From Chrysomallon squamiferum (Eukaryota; Animalia; Mollusca): a stretch of 64,000 nucleotides of DNA. Positions within the stretch are counted from its first letter, which is position 1. The number at the start of each line of letters is the position of its first letter. Shown one piece after another: positions 28,301 through 44,400 of the stretch. The DNA is taken from contig CM022672.1 in NCBI GenBank assembly GCA_012295275.1, forward strand, positions 20,770,001 through 20,834,000. The letters are read 5' to 3'. The position numbers and the translations under genes are program-made. Under the pieces are notes generated by a model, which saw nothing but the letters and a program-made list of their open reading frames with translations, made no database searches and was not told the origin of the DNA.

Positions 28301-31300
28301 CATCATTGCTAACAGTGATATTGACGCTGCTGTCAGAGTGAAGCTGACAAACTACAACATCGCTGCTGATGAATGTTGTGTTGACTGTATAGGTTGCATT
28401 CCCGTCGAAACTACCACCAACCTGAAACAAATTTAAGCAGATATGTATACATTTTTAAAATAAAAATTGGAACAACATCCAAACAACATAGGCATGAAAC
28501 ACCCTGGTTATAAACTCTCAAAACAAAAGGGATAAAGAAACCACAAAAAATAAAATCTTAGATTCAGTCAACCTTCAGAGTCTTGTCCAGGGATGATAAC
28601 CAGTTGGTAGCTGCAGTCTTGTAAATACTCACTTTAAGTGTAATGTAAATAATGTAAGAATAAAACTTATCTACAGAACTATGTCAAAGGTACTACATTT
28701 ATGTATATGTGTCATGTACCATGAATGTGTATAAATGTCTCATGTATGTGTATATATGTCTTATGTTAATATATTTAAATATGTGTATGCAGGTTTATCT
28801 TCTGTTACTGTTAAAACCACTCACTGAGATTTCTGTGATTTGACAAACTGACGTGACACTTTCCACAAAATCACTTCCGATCACAACAAGTTGTTTACAG
28901 TTTTTATTTCTCTCCACATCACACAAATCACCAGCTTTGAAATCTGAGATGACTGGTGGTTTGGTGGCATTCACAGAACAGTCTTCTCCAATCCAGTTGT
29001 TTTCACAAATACACTCTCCTGTAAAACCATATAGAAATTACTGATAGCAAAACTAAATATATATATGTAAGCTTTATGTATTTACATTTGCATGAAATAA
29101 ATCAATAATATTTGTATTAGAATTAGAATGAAGTGGTTTGTATAAAAATACATGAAACTAAAATTTACCTTTGGAACAATTCCCATGGCCACTGCAGTCA
29201 TTGATACAAATAACACTGATCACTGCTGGTGGGGGTTGATACAGACCATCAACACTGACCCACAGGTCCACTCTTGTACTGACCTCAGTTAAACACTGAA
29301 CTGTGAAAGTGTCCACAGCAGCCAGTGTCCACATAGGATCATCCGTTAACTAAATAATAATGCTTATACTTATTTACTTTATTTCATGCATCTTGTAAAA
29401 TTATCATTATTATCTTGTAAAATTTATCTACTCTATTATCTTAAACCTTGTAAAATTTATCTACTTTATTATCATAAATCTTGTAAAATTTTTTTGTTGT
29501 AGTGTCATTATAAATCTTGTAAAATTTAATATGTTGTATTATTATCATATAATTTGTTAAATTTATTATTAATGACATCTCGATTCATTCTTGTAAATGT
29601 GTGATTAGCATATGTAATAATGTATAAAAACTGTGTGAATGATACATCTTACAAAACATATCAATTCTAACATTACTAAAAGTCCTTTATTACCTGGATG
29701 TCATCCATACAGAACTGGACAGTTTCATCCACATAGAGGTTGATGCCAGTGTTGGAGATGCACTGAGCATAGATGTTGGTGCTGCGTATTGACGACAGAC
29801 AGATCTCTCTAGCCTGTGTTTCACTGATGTTTCCAGCAGTTGGCCAGCTCACAGGCTTCTGTACATACTGACTGTCATACTTGAATAGAGTGTCTCTGTC
29901 TCCCCGCACCAGACACTTCCTGGCAGACTGTGAGTGTGCAATGTAAAACTCTGTCTGATCCAAGCCTGTTAAACAACATGAAATCAGAAACACAGGGTCC
30001 TCAGTTCAAAGACCAGGAAAAACATATATAGTGCAATAAAGTAACTAATAAAATACCTGTTCTAAGTTTTAATAAAATATATCTATCATGTTTTAAATGT
30101 AACTAATAAAATATGTCTATCATGTTTTAAATGTAACCAATAAAATATGTCTATCATGTTTAAAATATAGCAAACTAAATGTATATATCATGTTTTAAAA
30201 ACAATTAATGAAATATGTCTATCATATTTTAAATGTACCCAATAAAATATGTCTATCTTGTATTAAATACAGCATATAAAATATGTCTATCATGTTTTAA
30301 ATACAACTAGTAAAATATGTCTATCATTTTTTAAATATAACTAATAAAATATGTCTATAATGTTTTATATATAATTAATAAAATATATCTATAGTGTTTT
30401 AAAATCAAATAAGAAATGTCTATCATGTTTTAGACATAAATAATAAATAATATATCAGTTCATTACCAGCATTCATCTTGCGACTACTGGTTTTTTCAAT
30501 ACCACAAGTGAAAATGTCAAGGTCATTTCCACAAACTGGTTCTTTTCCTTCTTCACAGTCACAAAACTGAATTTCCATCTCACTGTTTTTCTCAACCTCA
30601 CCACAGAATCCATCATACAGACTGTCAGTTGTCCTGTTGTTTGACAGTTACATATTTTAATATTACTGTTTTACAGTAATATATTTCAGTATTAATATTT
30701 AACAATAACACATTTTAGTATTAATGTTTAACAGTAACATATTAGTATTAATGTTTAACAGTAACATATTCTAGTATTAAAGTTTAACAGTAGCATGTTT
30801 TAGCATTAATCTTTAACAGTAACTCATTTTAGCATTAATGTTTAACAGTAAAACATTCTAGTGTTAATGCTTAACAGTAATACATTTTAATATTAATGTT
30901 TTACAGTAACACATACTAGTAATAATGTTTAATAAACACACCTTTAAATATTAATGTTTAACAGTATTATTTAAAGGTTACATATTTTAGTATTAATATT
31001 TATGCTGTTTAAAATGCTATGTTAATGATCATGAAAAAATCAATGACTAATGACTTAATTTATTTACTGCATGTTTAAAAACATCAAAATATTCAGCCTT
31101 TATATTTACTTTTGAGGAACATGTGACTGATCATGTGTCTTACCATGCCTTAGAGATCAGTCAGGTACGAACAACTGCTCAGAGTTAGATTTTTTTAAGA
31201 GTAAAGTAACAAATGATTACCTCCAGCTAAGAGAAAACTTGTCAGGTCTTCTTCCAGTTTCATATGAAATCTTTCCTGATCTCATCAGCAGATCATTGCT

Positions 31301-34300
31301 CACATATCCATCATATGTTCCACACAAACCTGACAGCAACAAACAGAATTGTTACCAAAATCGTTTTCTTTTCCATCTTTTTCTGGTCTTGTGTTATGCT
31401 GGCTTTGCAAGTGTTCATAAACAGGATACATAATTATATGAAAGGTATGTCTTGCATGTCAAAGTGATTAATATGTGAAATTTATGCACTGCTTGTGAAT
31501 GATATATTTTCTGAGAACAAAAATGATTAGGTGTGAAAGGTGTATGTTATTTGTTTGAAAGGTCTAACTTGTGTGTCATACCTAATGTTATTATGAAATA
31601 ATCAAAACATTACCCTGAGTGTGTCCCCAGTCAGCAGCCGAAGCATGAAGCCAGACATTTATAAACTCTCCAGTTTTCCTCACCCCATTCTTCACAACCA
31701 CATATGTACCAGTAGGTAAATAGACCTAAAATATACATTATACTTCACATATGTACAGTAGGCAAATACACCTGCAATATATAGTATACTTCAGAACCAC
31801 ATATGTACCAGTAGGCAAATACATATGCGGTATACATTATACTTCACAACCAATTATATACTAATAGATAAATACACTACAATATACATTATACTTCACA
31901 CTGGGACAAACTGAGATTGAAGTATAAGAACAGTCTGACAAACTGAGGGTGAGTTGTAAGAAAACTGTGACAAACTGAGGTTGAAGAGTAAGTACACTAT
32001 TACAAAGTGAGGTTGACGTGTTTACCCTATATTCTCTGCCTCCAACATATCTGACAATACGAGTTCCTGGTGTCAACTCGCCAGTGATGTATGTCCGGAT
32101 GACCATCTGTGTGTCTGGCTCACTGTCCTGTTCTGCACATCTGTCAATCACTATGACATCATCACCTGATCTGACAGCCACAGCACAGTTACAGGCAGCT
32201 CTCTTACGACAACTTCGGTAGAATGATCTTACCTGTACACAAAACAAATGTCTTATTCCATCTGAGAACAAACATTCATTAATCAAGAAATAAGTGAACA
32301 GTTATAAATTTAATATTATACTAGGAATATATTTCAATATTATTATATATGAAAATATATCAAACATTTTCTTCTAACATGGTGAAATTTCATCACAATG
32401 AAAAAAACAAAGGGAATTCTTAAAATAGATATAAAAAATAAATTATATATTATATAGTGGCTCTCTATATCATAATATAATATATTTACTTACTTCATAT
32501 GGTTTAGTGGTGTGTTTGTAAAGGATAAATTCTCCTTCATAGAAATTGTTGTATTTTCTGAAAGGAATAATAAATATAATTGACATTTGCACATACAGTA
32601 TGTGTGTTTAAGATTAAAGAAAAAAAGACCAGGTTTATATACAATGTGTGATAAACTTGTAGAAACACTTACTTTCCATCAAATGTTGTAATGTGAGGAT
32701 CGTTGATAGATTTGCATGTTGCTGACCTGTCAGCATCTTCAACAACAATCTGAAAACAGCATGAATAACATCTACTTATGCTGTTAAACATTCAGATATA
32801 TGTAACAAACTGTCAAATGTTTACAGTTATAAATGTAGATATACAAAACAAAGTACCATTCTTAAACATCTAGATACATGTAACAAACTAAACATGTTTA
32901 CACTCATATGTGTAACAAAGTGTCAACATGTTTACCCTGTCAAATGTCTACATACATGTAAAAAAGTGTCAGCATGTTTATATGTTTAAACATTAGATAT
33001 ATGTAGCAAAGTGTCAACATGTTTATATGTTTAAACATTAGATATATGTACAACATGTCAACTTGGTCATACTGCTAAATTTCAATTTCAATCATTTATA
33101 TTATTGATTTGTGAAGAAGATGACAAACCTTGACATTGATTATTTGAGCTGTACTGACCAGCACCCCAGCACCTGACATCATGACAGACGTTGTTAACCT
33201 CAGTTCAACATTTCTGTCACCATCAACAAGTGGAGAGTCAGTTTTTGCTTTCACACCAATCAATAACTCTGACTTCCAGTTTGTCTTTGTAATCACAACT
33301 CCACATTTTGGATGATCTCCTTTTGGCAAATATCCAATAACAGCCTGCACAACAGGCTGACCTTGACATTTCAGCTGATTTTCAGTTTCGGTAATAGCCA
33401 AAGTCAGTTTCAAGGAACACTCATCCCAGGCTGACAGATTGTGACAGAAGAAACCAGGTGGGATATTCAGCTTGATAGCAACATGGACAATGTCACTGCC
33501 TCTTCCTTTATTTTCAGTTCAGTGTCTTTTACCTGTGACATCATAGATACATTTTTTTTTTAAATGTATAAAATATATTTATATTACATTTATTTGTGAG
33601 AAACATGTCTACTTTGTTTTTGCTCTTTAGATTACAGATTAATTCTGACAAAAATCCTATAACAATTTTATTTTTCTTCTTTTAAGGAAATACCTTTTAT
33701 TACAGTTAGACATAGCATAATGTTACAAGCTGTTCTGAAGATATTGTGAATAAACTGAGTACTATGTGTTATTAATTATTTGGAAAAACACCTGTAAATT
33801 TACCTGTATTTCGGCATTGATATATCTGCTCCTCACTGGAGTTGATGTTGTTGCTGTACAGTTTGTTCTGTAGCAACCAATCACAGCACACTGAAACTGT
33901 TTATGTAAATCATTTCTTTAATTTATACTATTGTCAGAACATATCTACATTTTATTTATATATAATTTAATGTAAGTTAACAAAAACAAAAATTATTTTT
34001 AATCTCAGAAAATAAATGTTTTATAATCAACACGTTTTATTCACCTTCTGGCCCACAGTAAAGTTTTTCAGCATTTCGGTGTTCAGAAAACTCTTTGTTT
34101 CATCTACAAATGGTCCTCGATCAGTCACTTTCTCCTCCCCTGCAAACCACTCAACTGTGTAGCGAATATCTTCATCCTTCACTCGCTCAAACTGACACAT
34201 CACAACAAAATAAGGAGACTCACTCATCTCCTTTGTGGAAATATTTGGCTCCTTAAGGATTGGATATGCTACAAACAGATGAAAGAGGTCATATTTAACA

Positions 34301-34323
34301 AAACTTAAGTAAAAGGTTTTTAC

Positions 34324-34366
<43 letters not shown>

Positions 34367-37300
34367 GGCTACTAGATGTAAGGTGACAGCATCTGACCAT
34401 TTGAGATTGCCATCCAAAACATTTTACCAGTTAACAAAGTTTTATTTGTATTGCAAAAGAGTGGCTTAATGCTTGTCAGTGTTTTACTCTATAATTTGCA
34501 TTTCTGTTCACATATGCTATCACAATCAAAAATTATTTATAATATCCAGAAGCCATTACAATAATTTTCCCAGTGTCTATATTTTGGGAAGCCTTATGGC
34601 CCACATAAGGTTTTTTTGCTACTCCAATGTAACAATCATTCCAGCAGCCCTGTATATATGTGTATATATATATATACACACACACGTCAAATTACCATTT
34701 ACAGAATCTAAGTATATTATCATGAATTAAAATCTATGTATTACCTTTGATCTGAGACCAGGATGTGACTGTGGCTGATGGCAAACACATTCTGTTAGCA
34801 TTTCCTGGTTTCTTTTCTTTTATCTTGTAGCACAGACCATCAATAAAGCAAGTGTCAGGCTACAATTGTGAATGCATGATAAGTGTTATATAAAAATGTT
34901 TCATCAAACACATAGTTCTGTTATATCATAGCATTGTTACATAGAACACAGAACACAGGACTTTTATTTTTACAAAATTGTTAAATATTACATGATATAA
35001 CTGTTATAGAGAATACTGAACATAGACTATTATTACACAGAACTAAGAAAATAGAACTTTTGCATCATAGAATTGTTACATAGAAAAATTTGAGCTGACA
35101 GTTTTCAATTGTAAATTAGAAATGAATTGTCCCATTTTGCTTGGAAAATAAATGAGTTGTCACACTCTATTTCTATAATAAATGTGATGTCACCTTTTAT
35201 TTGTAAATTAAATATGAGTTGTCATTTTTTTGCTTTATCAGATCACCTTAAAAGTGCATTTTTCTCTACTGCAGATGACACATTTGCTGTTGTACACCAG
35301 GTAGTTGGTGTAGATGCTGACAATGTTTCTCACATTGCTGATGCTGACTGCATAGCTGCTGATGGTAGGCAGGTTACACATGACGGTGTTGAAGTTAATG
35401 AATACAGCAGAAGATTCTGTGACTGTTNNNNNNNNNNNNNNNNNNNNNNNNNNNNNNNNNNNNNNNNNNNNNNNNNNNNNNNNNNNNNNNNNNNNNNNNN
35501 NNNNNNNNNNNNNNNNNNNNNNNNNNNNNNNNNNNNNNNNNNNNNNNNNNNNNNNNNNNNNNNNNNNNNNNNNNNNNNNNNNNNNNNNNNNNNNNNNNNN
35601 NNNNNNNNNNNNNNNNNNNNNNNNNNNATCTGGAAACAGAAAAATATGTGTTAAACAACTGTAATAATAAACTCTAAATATTTATCATTAAGAAAAGAAC
35701 CAGGTATTAACAAGAGTGAAACCGAGTACCTCAGATCTGTAGTCAGAGTCATACTGGAAAACTGTCTTCTCATTACAAGCACTCACTGCCTGCTGCAAAA
35801 AATGTTCTGTGTAATCTTCACCTGTAAAATCAAACATACATTTTAATATTAAACCAGTATTTACCTATAGTAAGAAACAAACATATTAATATTAAATAAT
35901 CCTTTACCTGTAATAACAAACATACAATAATAATTTAATATATCTTTTTACCTGTGATAAGAAATATACATTTTAATATTAAACAAATCTTTACCTGCAA
36001 TAACAAACAGATATTTCAATATATATTTTTACCTGTAATAACATTAAACAAAACTATTTTCATGTGAAGTTTTACCTGATGTGAATTTCTTGGACTGTGT
36101 GTCTTGAGGACATCTGATAACATCCAAATTGACATCACACTCAGGCTTCCCAGCTGTCTGACATTTACAGTAAACTTTACTTGATGCTGAAACTTCTTCT
36201 GTCACACACAGACCAGAGTAGTGACTTTCTGCAGGGGCAACTCTACAATATAGGCAGAACTTACTTGTAAAAAAATCTTAATCATGTAATAACTGATGCA
36301 TTCCAGTGTTAGATAGTGTCTTTAGTAATTCTGTAGAAATAAGATTTTGTCAAAACAAAGAAATGACGAAAAGTTATATTCTTTCTTAGATTAGTACTAC
36401 ACACAAGACAGTCATAATAATATTCTCCTCAATGTAAAATGATGTAACTATGTATTTTATATAAGAAAGAGTGTAATGTTTACCAGTGTCAATTTTTACA
36501 GCAATGTAGTGTCAATTTAAACAGCAATGTAGAGTTTATCAGTGTCAGTTTAAACAAGAGTTGTGTTTAGCAGTGTCAGTTTAGACAACAGAGTTGTGTT
36601 TTCAGTGTCAGTTTAAACAACAGTGTAATTTTTACCAGTGTCAATTTAAACAAGAGTTGTGTTTAGCAGTGTCAGTTTAAACAACAGAGTTGTGTTTTAC
36701 AGTGTCAGTTTAAACAATTAGTTTACCAAATAGTGTTTACCTCCAGTATAAAGAAAAGGTGTTCACATCCTGTGCCAGATTGTCATTTATAAAAAAATCA
36801 TTTCCCTTGTTGTTGTCCAAACTTCCACAAAGGCCTGTTTGAAACACAATATGGATGCAGTTATATAGTTTAAATTTAATGTTGGTTTTTAAGTTATAAT
36901 ATACACATGCATATTCAATAAACTAATTGTTAAACAAGTTCGTATCTGCTTCAAGTAGAAATTTGAATATTACAATGATTCTGCACACAGATTAGAAATG
37001 ATCAATTAGGTTTCATACAACAGTTGATACACTATGTAATAAATAACATGTAGTCCAATATTCAAACGCAACACACAGAAGTGACAACTAGTAAAAATAT
37101 GATATGATTAGAACCTTCAGTTTGTTTGTAGTCTGCAGCTGATGATTTGACCCACACGTTGAGGAAGTTTGCTGTTCCCTCACTCCTGTCTTCACTATGA
37201 CATATGTTCCAGTTGGTAGGTGAACCTTCAACAAACAATACAGGCTATGACATTTCATTACTTCTCTGTTTTATTTCTTCATGAATTATGTGTCACTTTT

Positions 37301-37519
37301 AGCTTTTCTCATGAACTGTCACTGACATGTTTTTACATGAATTGTATGATATTAACACTATAAAAATCAAATGTGTAAAAGAAATGTCATTCACTGACGT
37401 ATGTCTGTTTATAACAAAGTTCTTCAGCTCAGAAACCTATTTCTGTTAATTTCATTTATGTAATTTCTAATATCATTTCTAGAGTGAGAAATCTGTAGTT
37501 TTTGAACTGCTGGATTTAA

Positions 37520-37581
<62 letters not shown>

Positions 37582-40500
37582 GAATAAGAATAGGCATAAG
37601 ATAAACTAAAATAATATAAAACAAATAAATAAATAAATAAATAAATAAAATAAAATAAAAATAAAATCTTACCTCATATCTCTTTCCTCCAGAAAACTGT
37701 AGAATTCTGGTATTTTTTGTGAGTTCACCATTTTTGAATATTTTCACTGAGATTCTTGTCTTCCTCACTGATGGTCCCATGGCAGCTCCACATCTGTCTA
37801 TCAGAATGATGTCATCACCAGACTTGACAGTGACAGCACAGTTACATGCTGCACGGCCATTGCAGGAGCGATAGAATGACCTTACCTTAACACACAGACA
37901 ATGATATCTTGTTAAAATTTAACTATAAAACTATATCACTATTACAATATTATGTATAAATCTCTAGTAAACTGCTATGATATGAGAAATAATAAATCAC
38001 TAGTTAAGTACTGAAATACAATTAAAAAATCACAAATGAACTGTTAAAATATAATAAATAAAAATAATGACATTTCTATAAATAACACCTCACCTCATAA
38101 GGCAAAGTCTTGTGTCTGTATAGAACAAACTCTCCCTCAAGAAAGTTGTCATATTTCCTAAAAAAAACATAGCCATTTATAAACTAATTAACACATATCT
38201 GTATATAATTAGTTATAATCAGACAGTAAAACTATTTATTTAAATATAATTAGATATACACAGATGTGTACAATTATTTAACTACTATCAGATATAGAGA
38301 GATATTTATTTAAGTATTATTTTGAAAATATCATCTATTTAACATAAACATGTATTAAGTATAAAGTAATATATGCTAGTAGTTAATATAACTTGTCAGG
38401 ATTGACTCTTACTAAATGTCAAGTGCCAGTATCGTCTAACCTTAAACTGTTTCTTTGGATCAGGTTTCTAAACTGAAATTAAAATGTTTTGTATGCTCCT
38501 TAAGCCAGTAATGACCAAATCTGAAATGTCTTACCTTCCATCAAAAGTTTTCATATGAGGATCGTTAACAGAACTGCAAAGTGAGGTATGGTCTGAATCT
38601 TTCACTGTGACCTGTAAATACAGAATTCTAAACTGTATTCTCAAAAACACTGCATTTCATGAATTATGTTGTTTTCATGTTTTAATTACAAAATGAACAA
38701 AAAGTGAAAATTTATTATACAACACAATAATGTCAAAAGTCAAAAGAATAAAAAATACTTCACTACAAAATACATACTTTCCTTGTTGCAACCACTGAGC
38801 TGAACTGGACTTTGTTATCCATGGAGACTGAAACAGAAAAGTGAGCAGTGCGAATTTGATCACCATCTACCAACATGTCACTGACTGCCTGGACTGGCAT
38901 TGTGACAGTCTGAGGCCATGAAGTGAAACTCAAAGAGCAACCAGCATCGCTGGGCTCCATTGCTGTGGAGACAAACACTGACTGGTAGTGAATCAGATCT
39001 GAAGTGGAACATTTGTGTTCGTTTTCAACATCCAGAACAATCCCAGCCTGGACGTGGCAGTCATCACTGTTGTCAGCACACAGGTAGTTTGGCGGCACTG
39101 TCAACTCAACTGCAAACTGACCAGGCAGTCCTCCTTCCACTACAGTGATGTCACCAGACACCTGAAACATGGAGACATTTTACACTGTGAAACCACAAAA
39201 CAATAATGTATCAGTTACAGCATGATCTCAAAGTGCGATCTGTGCGATTATATAGATGTAATGGTTTGATAACTAAGTGAGATATCTGAAATAATTACAG
39301 ACCACAAAGCAAGGAAGAAATGTTTAGCGAAAACTGACTGAGTAGTAGCTAGGTGAACCTCTGACCAGTCTGAGCACAGATTAGTTAAAGGATGTTGTGT
39401 GGACTGTTAATTCAGTGAAACATACAACTAGCTCCTCGTGTACAGTGAGAAATAAAATGTTTACCTTCAGCTCTACAGTAAACATTTCACTTTTCCTTGG
39501 TGGACTCTGTGTGTTGGAGCAACTGGAAGTGAAACATGCCCATATTCCACACCTCAACTAAAAAGATAAAACATATACATAAAAAGAAAGATATAAACAC
39601 ACACATACATACACACACACTCACACACACACAATCACACACAGACACACACAATCACAAACAAACACATGCACTGATATATACATATACATATATATAT
39701 AAATAAATACATTTACATATAAATATATATATATACATGTATATATATATATATATACATACCCACACATATAAACACACAAAGAAACATATATAAACAC
39801 ACAAAGAAACAGACATACATGCACAGACACACATAAAAAAAAAAAAATAAAGTAGGTGACACTCCACTAAAATTGATAAATATACAATCTTATGTATAAA
39901 ACTGTCAATGTATGTTAAATTTTATTCTATTGTTTAACAAATGACATTCAAGTAAATGATCACTACTTATTCAGAGATGAACTGCAGCAAATACTTTCAT
40001 TAAGGAATAACATTCAGAAACTGATCTTGTGTAGAATGTTACATACACAGAGAACAGCATAACTCCCTTTTTGGGGAAGTACAAAATGAGGAACGAAACT
40101 AAAATAAGCTAAAACATAATAGTTAATAGACGTAGTTATAATACATACTTTAGAACCATAAGCTATTCCTGTCACCATGTTTATGCTGTATTCGGTCATG
40201 TTCACAGAGTTGTCCAGAATGTGATCTGTGATCTGAGCGTCATTGTGATACAACACCATTGTGTAAGTGACGTTATCGTGCTGTGAAACGTCAAATTCGC
40301 ACAGAAAGAATAATTCATTCTTTGTTTCATCATACCTGGTAGACAACTTTGGTTCACCTTGGAGATATGGATATGCTGAAAAAAATTAACCCTCAGAAGT
40401 GAATAGACATGTTTAGTAATTTCTTTATAAACACTGAATTCAGTGTCATATTTAATAACTATAATCCTTTCTTTATTATTATTATTATTATTATTATTGT

Positions 40501-41374
40501 TTTTGTTATGCTTTTTTCACTTTTACAAAAAAAATTCAACAAACTAAAGCTAACATTTCATCATGGTTGAAAAGGTATATTCAACAAAAGCTTTCTAAAA
40601 ACCTCACAGGTAAACAAATAATAAAACAACCTTTAAAGATGCTCCACTCTTTGTAATTCTCAAATGGCTCACAGATGAGAGAGGCATTGTGTTTGGCTTT
40701 GTCACCAGAGTGATAACATTTGTTGTCAATGAAACACCTGTCAGACTGCAATAAACAAATAATAAAATTTTTCATTTTATTACATCTGACCACACTGTTT
40801 ACATAAATTGATACATTTAATTTACATTGTTAGGACTACAGTTTACACTGATATATTTAGTGTAAACATCTTACTGTACAATATTTACTTATATTAATAC
40901 ATTTGTTGTAAGTTTACACAAACCCGACTTTTAGATAATAAAGGCCTAAGTTTTTACACTTATTTTACACTTACTACAAATTTGCAAAAGCCTGACTTTA
41001 TACATGTTTTTACACTTACTTTAAAGGCCTGACTTTGCACACCGTTTACATATTTTATACTTACTATAAGTGTACAAAGGCCTGATTTTGTACACTGGTG
41101 ACAGCTGGCACTGTATGCTGTGAATGTGACATTTTCACTGAAGATGACTTTGTTGTTGGTGACAGACACAATGTAGCTGCCTGGTTTAGGCAGTTTGCAG
41201 ATGACCTGGTTGAAGCTGAAGAATTTGGCAGTTACTATAATTTCATCACCAACAGCTTCATAGCTTCCTTCTGCCAGCTGCAGAATGAAACATATTCAGT
41301 AATTTAATATTTTTTAATATTAATTTTGTGATTTTGTGGTAACAGATATAAATCTTACTATGGGATTTTTCATT

Positions 41375-41406
<32 letters not shown>

Positions 41407-44400
41407 ATACCTGGATAGACAATAGCTTACACTGAAGATTTTCAGAATTGATGAAAGGTCCTCCAAACACAATAATCTCATCACAGGGTGACTGGTCCAG
41501 ATTACAGAGAGATGGGTACAGAAAAAACACCTCAGGTATCTTATCCAGGTTGACAGAACAGTCAGCCCCTCCATATCCTTCAGGACAATTACATTTACCT
41601 GTGTAGTAGTAACAATAACAATAACACAATACAAAAACAATAATAATAAAACAATGCAAAAGCAATAATACAACAACAACAACAACAACAACAATATTTG
41701 CAATACAAAATAACTGTATCATATTTTTTCTCTGGTGTAAATTCAATAAATAATTAAAGACCCATCTACTTTTTTGTGGTGACAATTTGTAAGAACTGAT
41801 AGTTACAAAAATACACCTACTTGTTTGTGTTGACAATTTGTAACAAATGATTGTTACAGAAACTCATCTACTTGTTTGTGGTGACAATTTATAACAACTG
41901 ATCATTGCAAAAAATATATATCTGTTTGTGTTGACAGTTTATAACAACTGATTGCTATAAAATTGTCTTATTTGTGTGAGTCTTACCTGGCTGCAGGAGT
42001 GGACAAAAACCTGTACTGACTGAGTCTAGGACAGCCATGTCAGGTTGTAGTTTTCCACTGATCTCAGTCCACAATTTTACTTCTGACTTCACATAAATCA
42101 GACATGTTTCAAATAAGTCAGTCAAAGAAATGTCAGACCATTTCTTGTCATCCATAACCTAGAAAAGATGAAAACGTATTTATAATCATTACATTATCTA
42201 TAAGTATTCTGAAATACCATCTTTTATCATCCAAAATCAGGAAATATTAAAACTTATCAATAAGTAAGTTTTGTCATCCTATAATCTACAACTAAAAAAG
42301 GAGTAAGTATAAAAATATAAGTGTTTTCATTAACATCATTGCAGTTTCTGCTCTCTGTGAATATGTGGAATAGAGTTGTTATTTAGATTAGTGTTCAGTT
42401 AGAAACTACCTGTAGATCTCTGACACAGGATGTGATCATGGTGTCACTGTTACCGCCAATGATGTTGATGCATTTCTGTGTGGATGAAGAGTTCAGTTTG
42501 GACAAACAATGAGCCCTGGCATCCTCCTCTGTCAGATTAGAAAATGTTGGCCAGCTGTAAACCTGAAAATAAATATTTCAACTTAAACAAATAGTTGTTT
42601 TACTTTATTTTTATATGTAAACATGATTTATATTTAAACATCACAGACTATACATGTTTTATGGAAAACCAAATACAATCTAAACATGTTTATATATAAA
42701 CAAACACAGACTAAACATGTTTATATATCAATACAGACTAAACATTTTTTTATATGTAAACAAACAGAGACTAAACATGTTTACATGTAAACATACCTGT
42801 TGTTCATAATCTAAGTTGTATTTGAACACAGACAAGTTTTCATTGCATTTATCTACTTTGTGTGAATATTTCATCAAATCAGATGTGATGTCTGAATCTG
42901 AAAGAAAAAATATTTACTGAAACAGTAAATCACAACTATTACTGATATGTCGATATGATACTGATGTTGCCGATTCTATGAGATGATACTGATGTTGTAG
43001 ATATTAAGAGATGATACTGATGTTGCTGATTCTATGAGCTGATACTGATGTTGTTGATATTAAGAGATGATACTGATGTGGTTGATATTAAGAGATGATA
43101 CTGGTGTTGATATTAAGAGATGATACTGATGTTGCTGATGCTATGAGATGATACTGATGTGGTTGATATTAAGAGATGATACTGATGTTGATATTAAGAG
43201 ATGATACTGATGTTGCTGATGCTGTGAGATGATACTGATGTGGTTGATATTAAGAGATGATATTGATATTGATATTAAGAGATGATACAGATGTTGTTGA
43301 TATTAAGAGATGATACTGATGTGGTTGATATTAAAAGATGATACTGATGTGGTTGATGTTATGAGATGATACTGATGTGGTTGATATTAACAGATGATAC
43401 TGATGTGGATGATGTTATGAGATGATACAGATGTGATTGATATTAAAAGATGATACTGTGGTTGATGTTAAAAGATGATATTGATGTGGTTGATGTTATG
43501 AGATGATACCTAATGTTGTTGATATGTTGACATCTCCTGGACAAGAAAGAGAATCAAGTGCATATTGACAAACACTATCAACTCCCTTGCTGCAGTCACA
43601 AAATAAACCAACAGCATCATCATCAGCATTATCATCAAAACACTGTCCTCTGTATAGAGAATTGTTTTGTAGAACTCTGAAACAAAGATGAAACATGATT
43701 TAATTACACTGTTGTTTGATTGTCTGCACATATAAATAATATTTATATTGGTACTTGTCTGGGTTATCAAGAAGAATATTACAAATAAAACTATGTTTAC
43801 GTGAGTGAAATAAAGAAAGAAATAACTAACCTCCATGACTGAGTGAATGCATCATCACCATTGTCTGTACGGAGGTCAAAGTTCCCACACAGACCTATGA
43901 TAGTAAAATACATTATATAATAGTAAATATATACACACTGAGAAACTGTAGTAAGATCAAAGTTACCACATAGACCTACAATAGTACAACACATTATGTA
44001 ATATTATGCAAATAAAATAAACCAACAGCATCATCATCAGCATTAATATGCACACACACTCGTATACAGACACACACACTGAGAAACTGTAAGACAGACA
44101 CACACACTCACACACATAGGTCATCTGTAAACTGAATAAATGCACATATACACTGAGAAACTCATTGCCTGTAATGAAGTTAAAATTTCCACAGAGTTCT
44201 ACAACATTAAAACACACAAACTTTAAGAAACTCTTTGTTGTAAAGTTTAAACTTCCACAAATATCTACAAAAGTAAACACACACACACATTAAAAAGACT
44301 CTTTGTAGTGAAGTTTAAAGTTTCAACACACAGTAAAAACAATCATACAAACTGTTTGTACTGAGGTTATATTTTCCACAGAGTGGTAAACATATATTTG

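Noticed and set aside
29898-29906. RGD tripeptide in module R5
   Set aside because: It is not conserved in the paralogous modules, and about one RGD is expected by chance in a protein this long.
35127-35664. ORFs spanning the N run
   Set aside because: They are artefacts of translating through the assembly gap.
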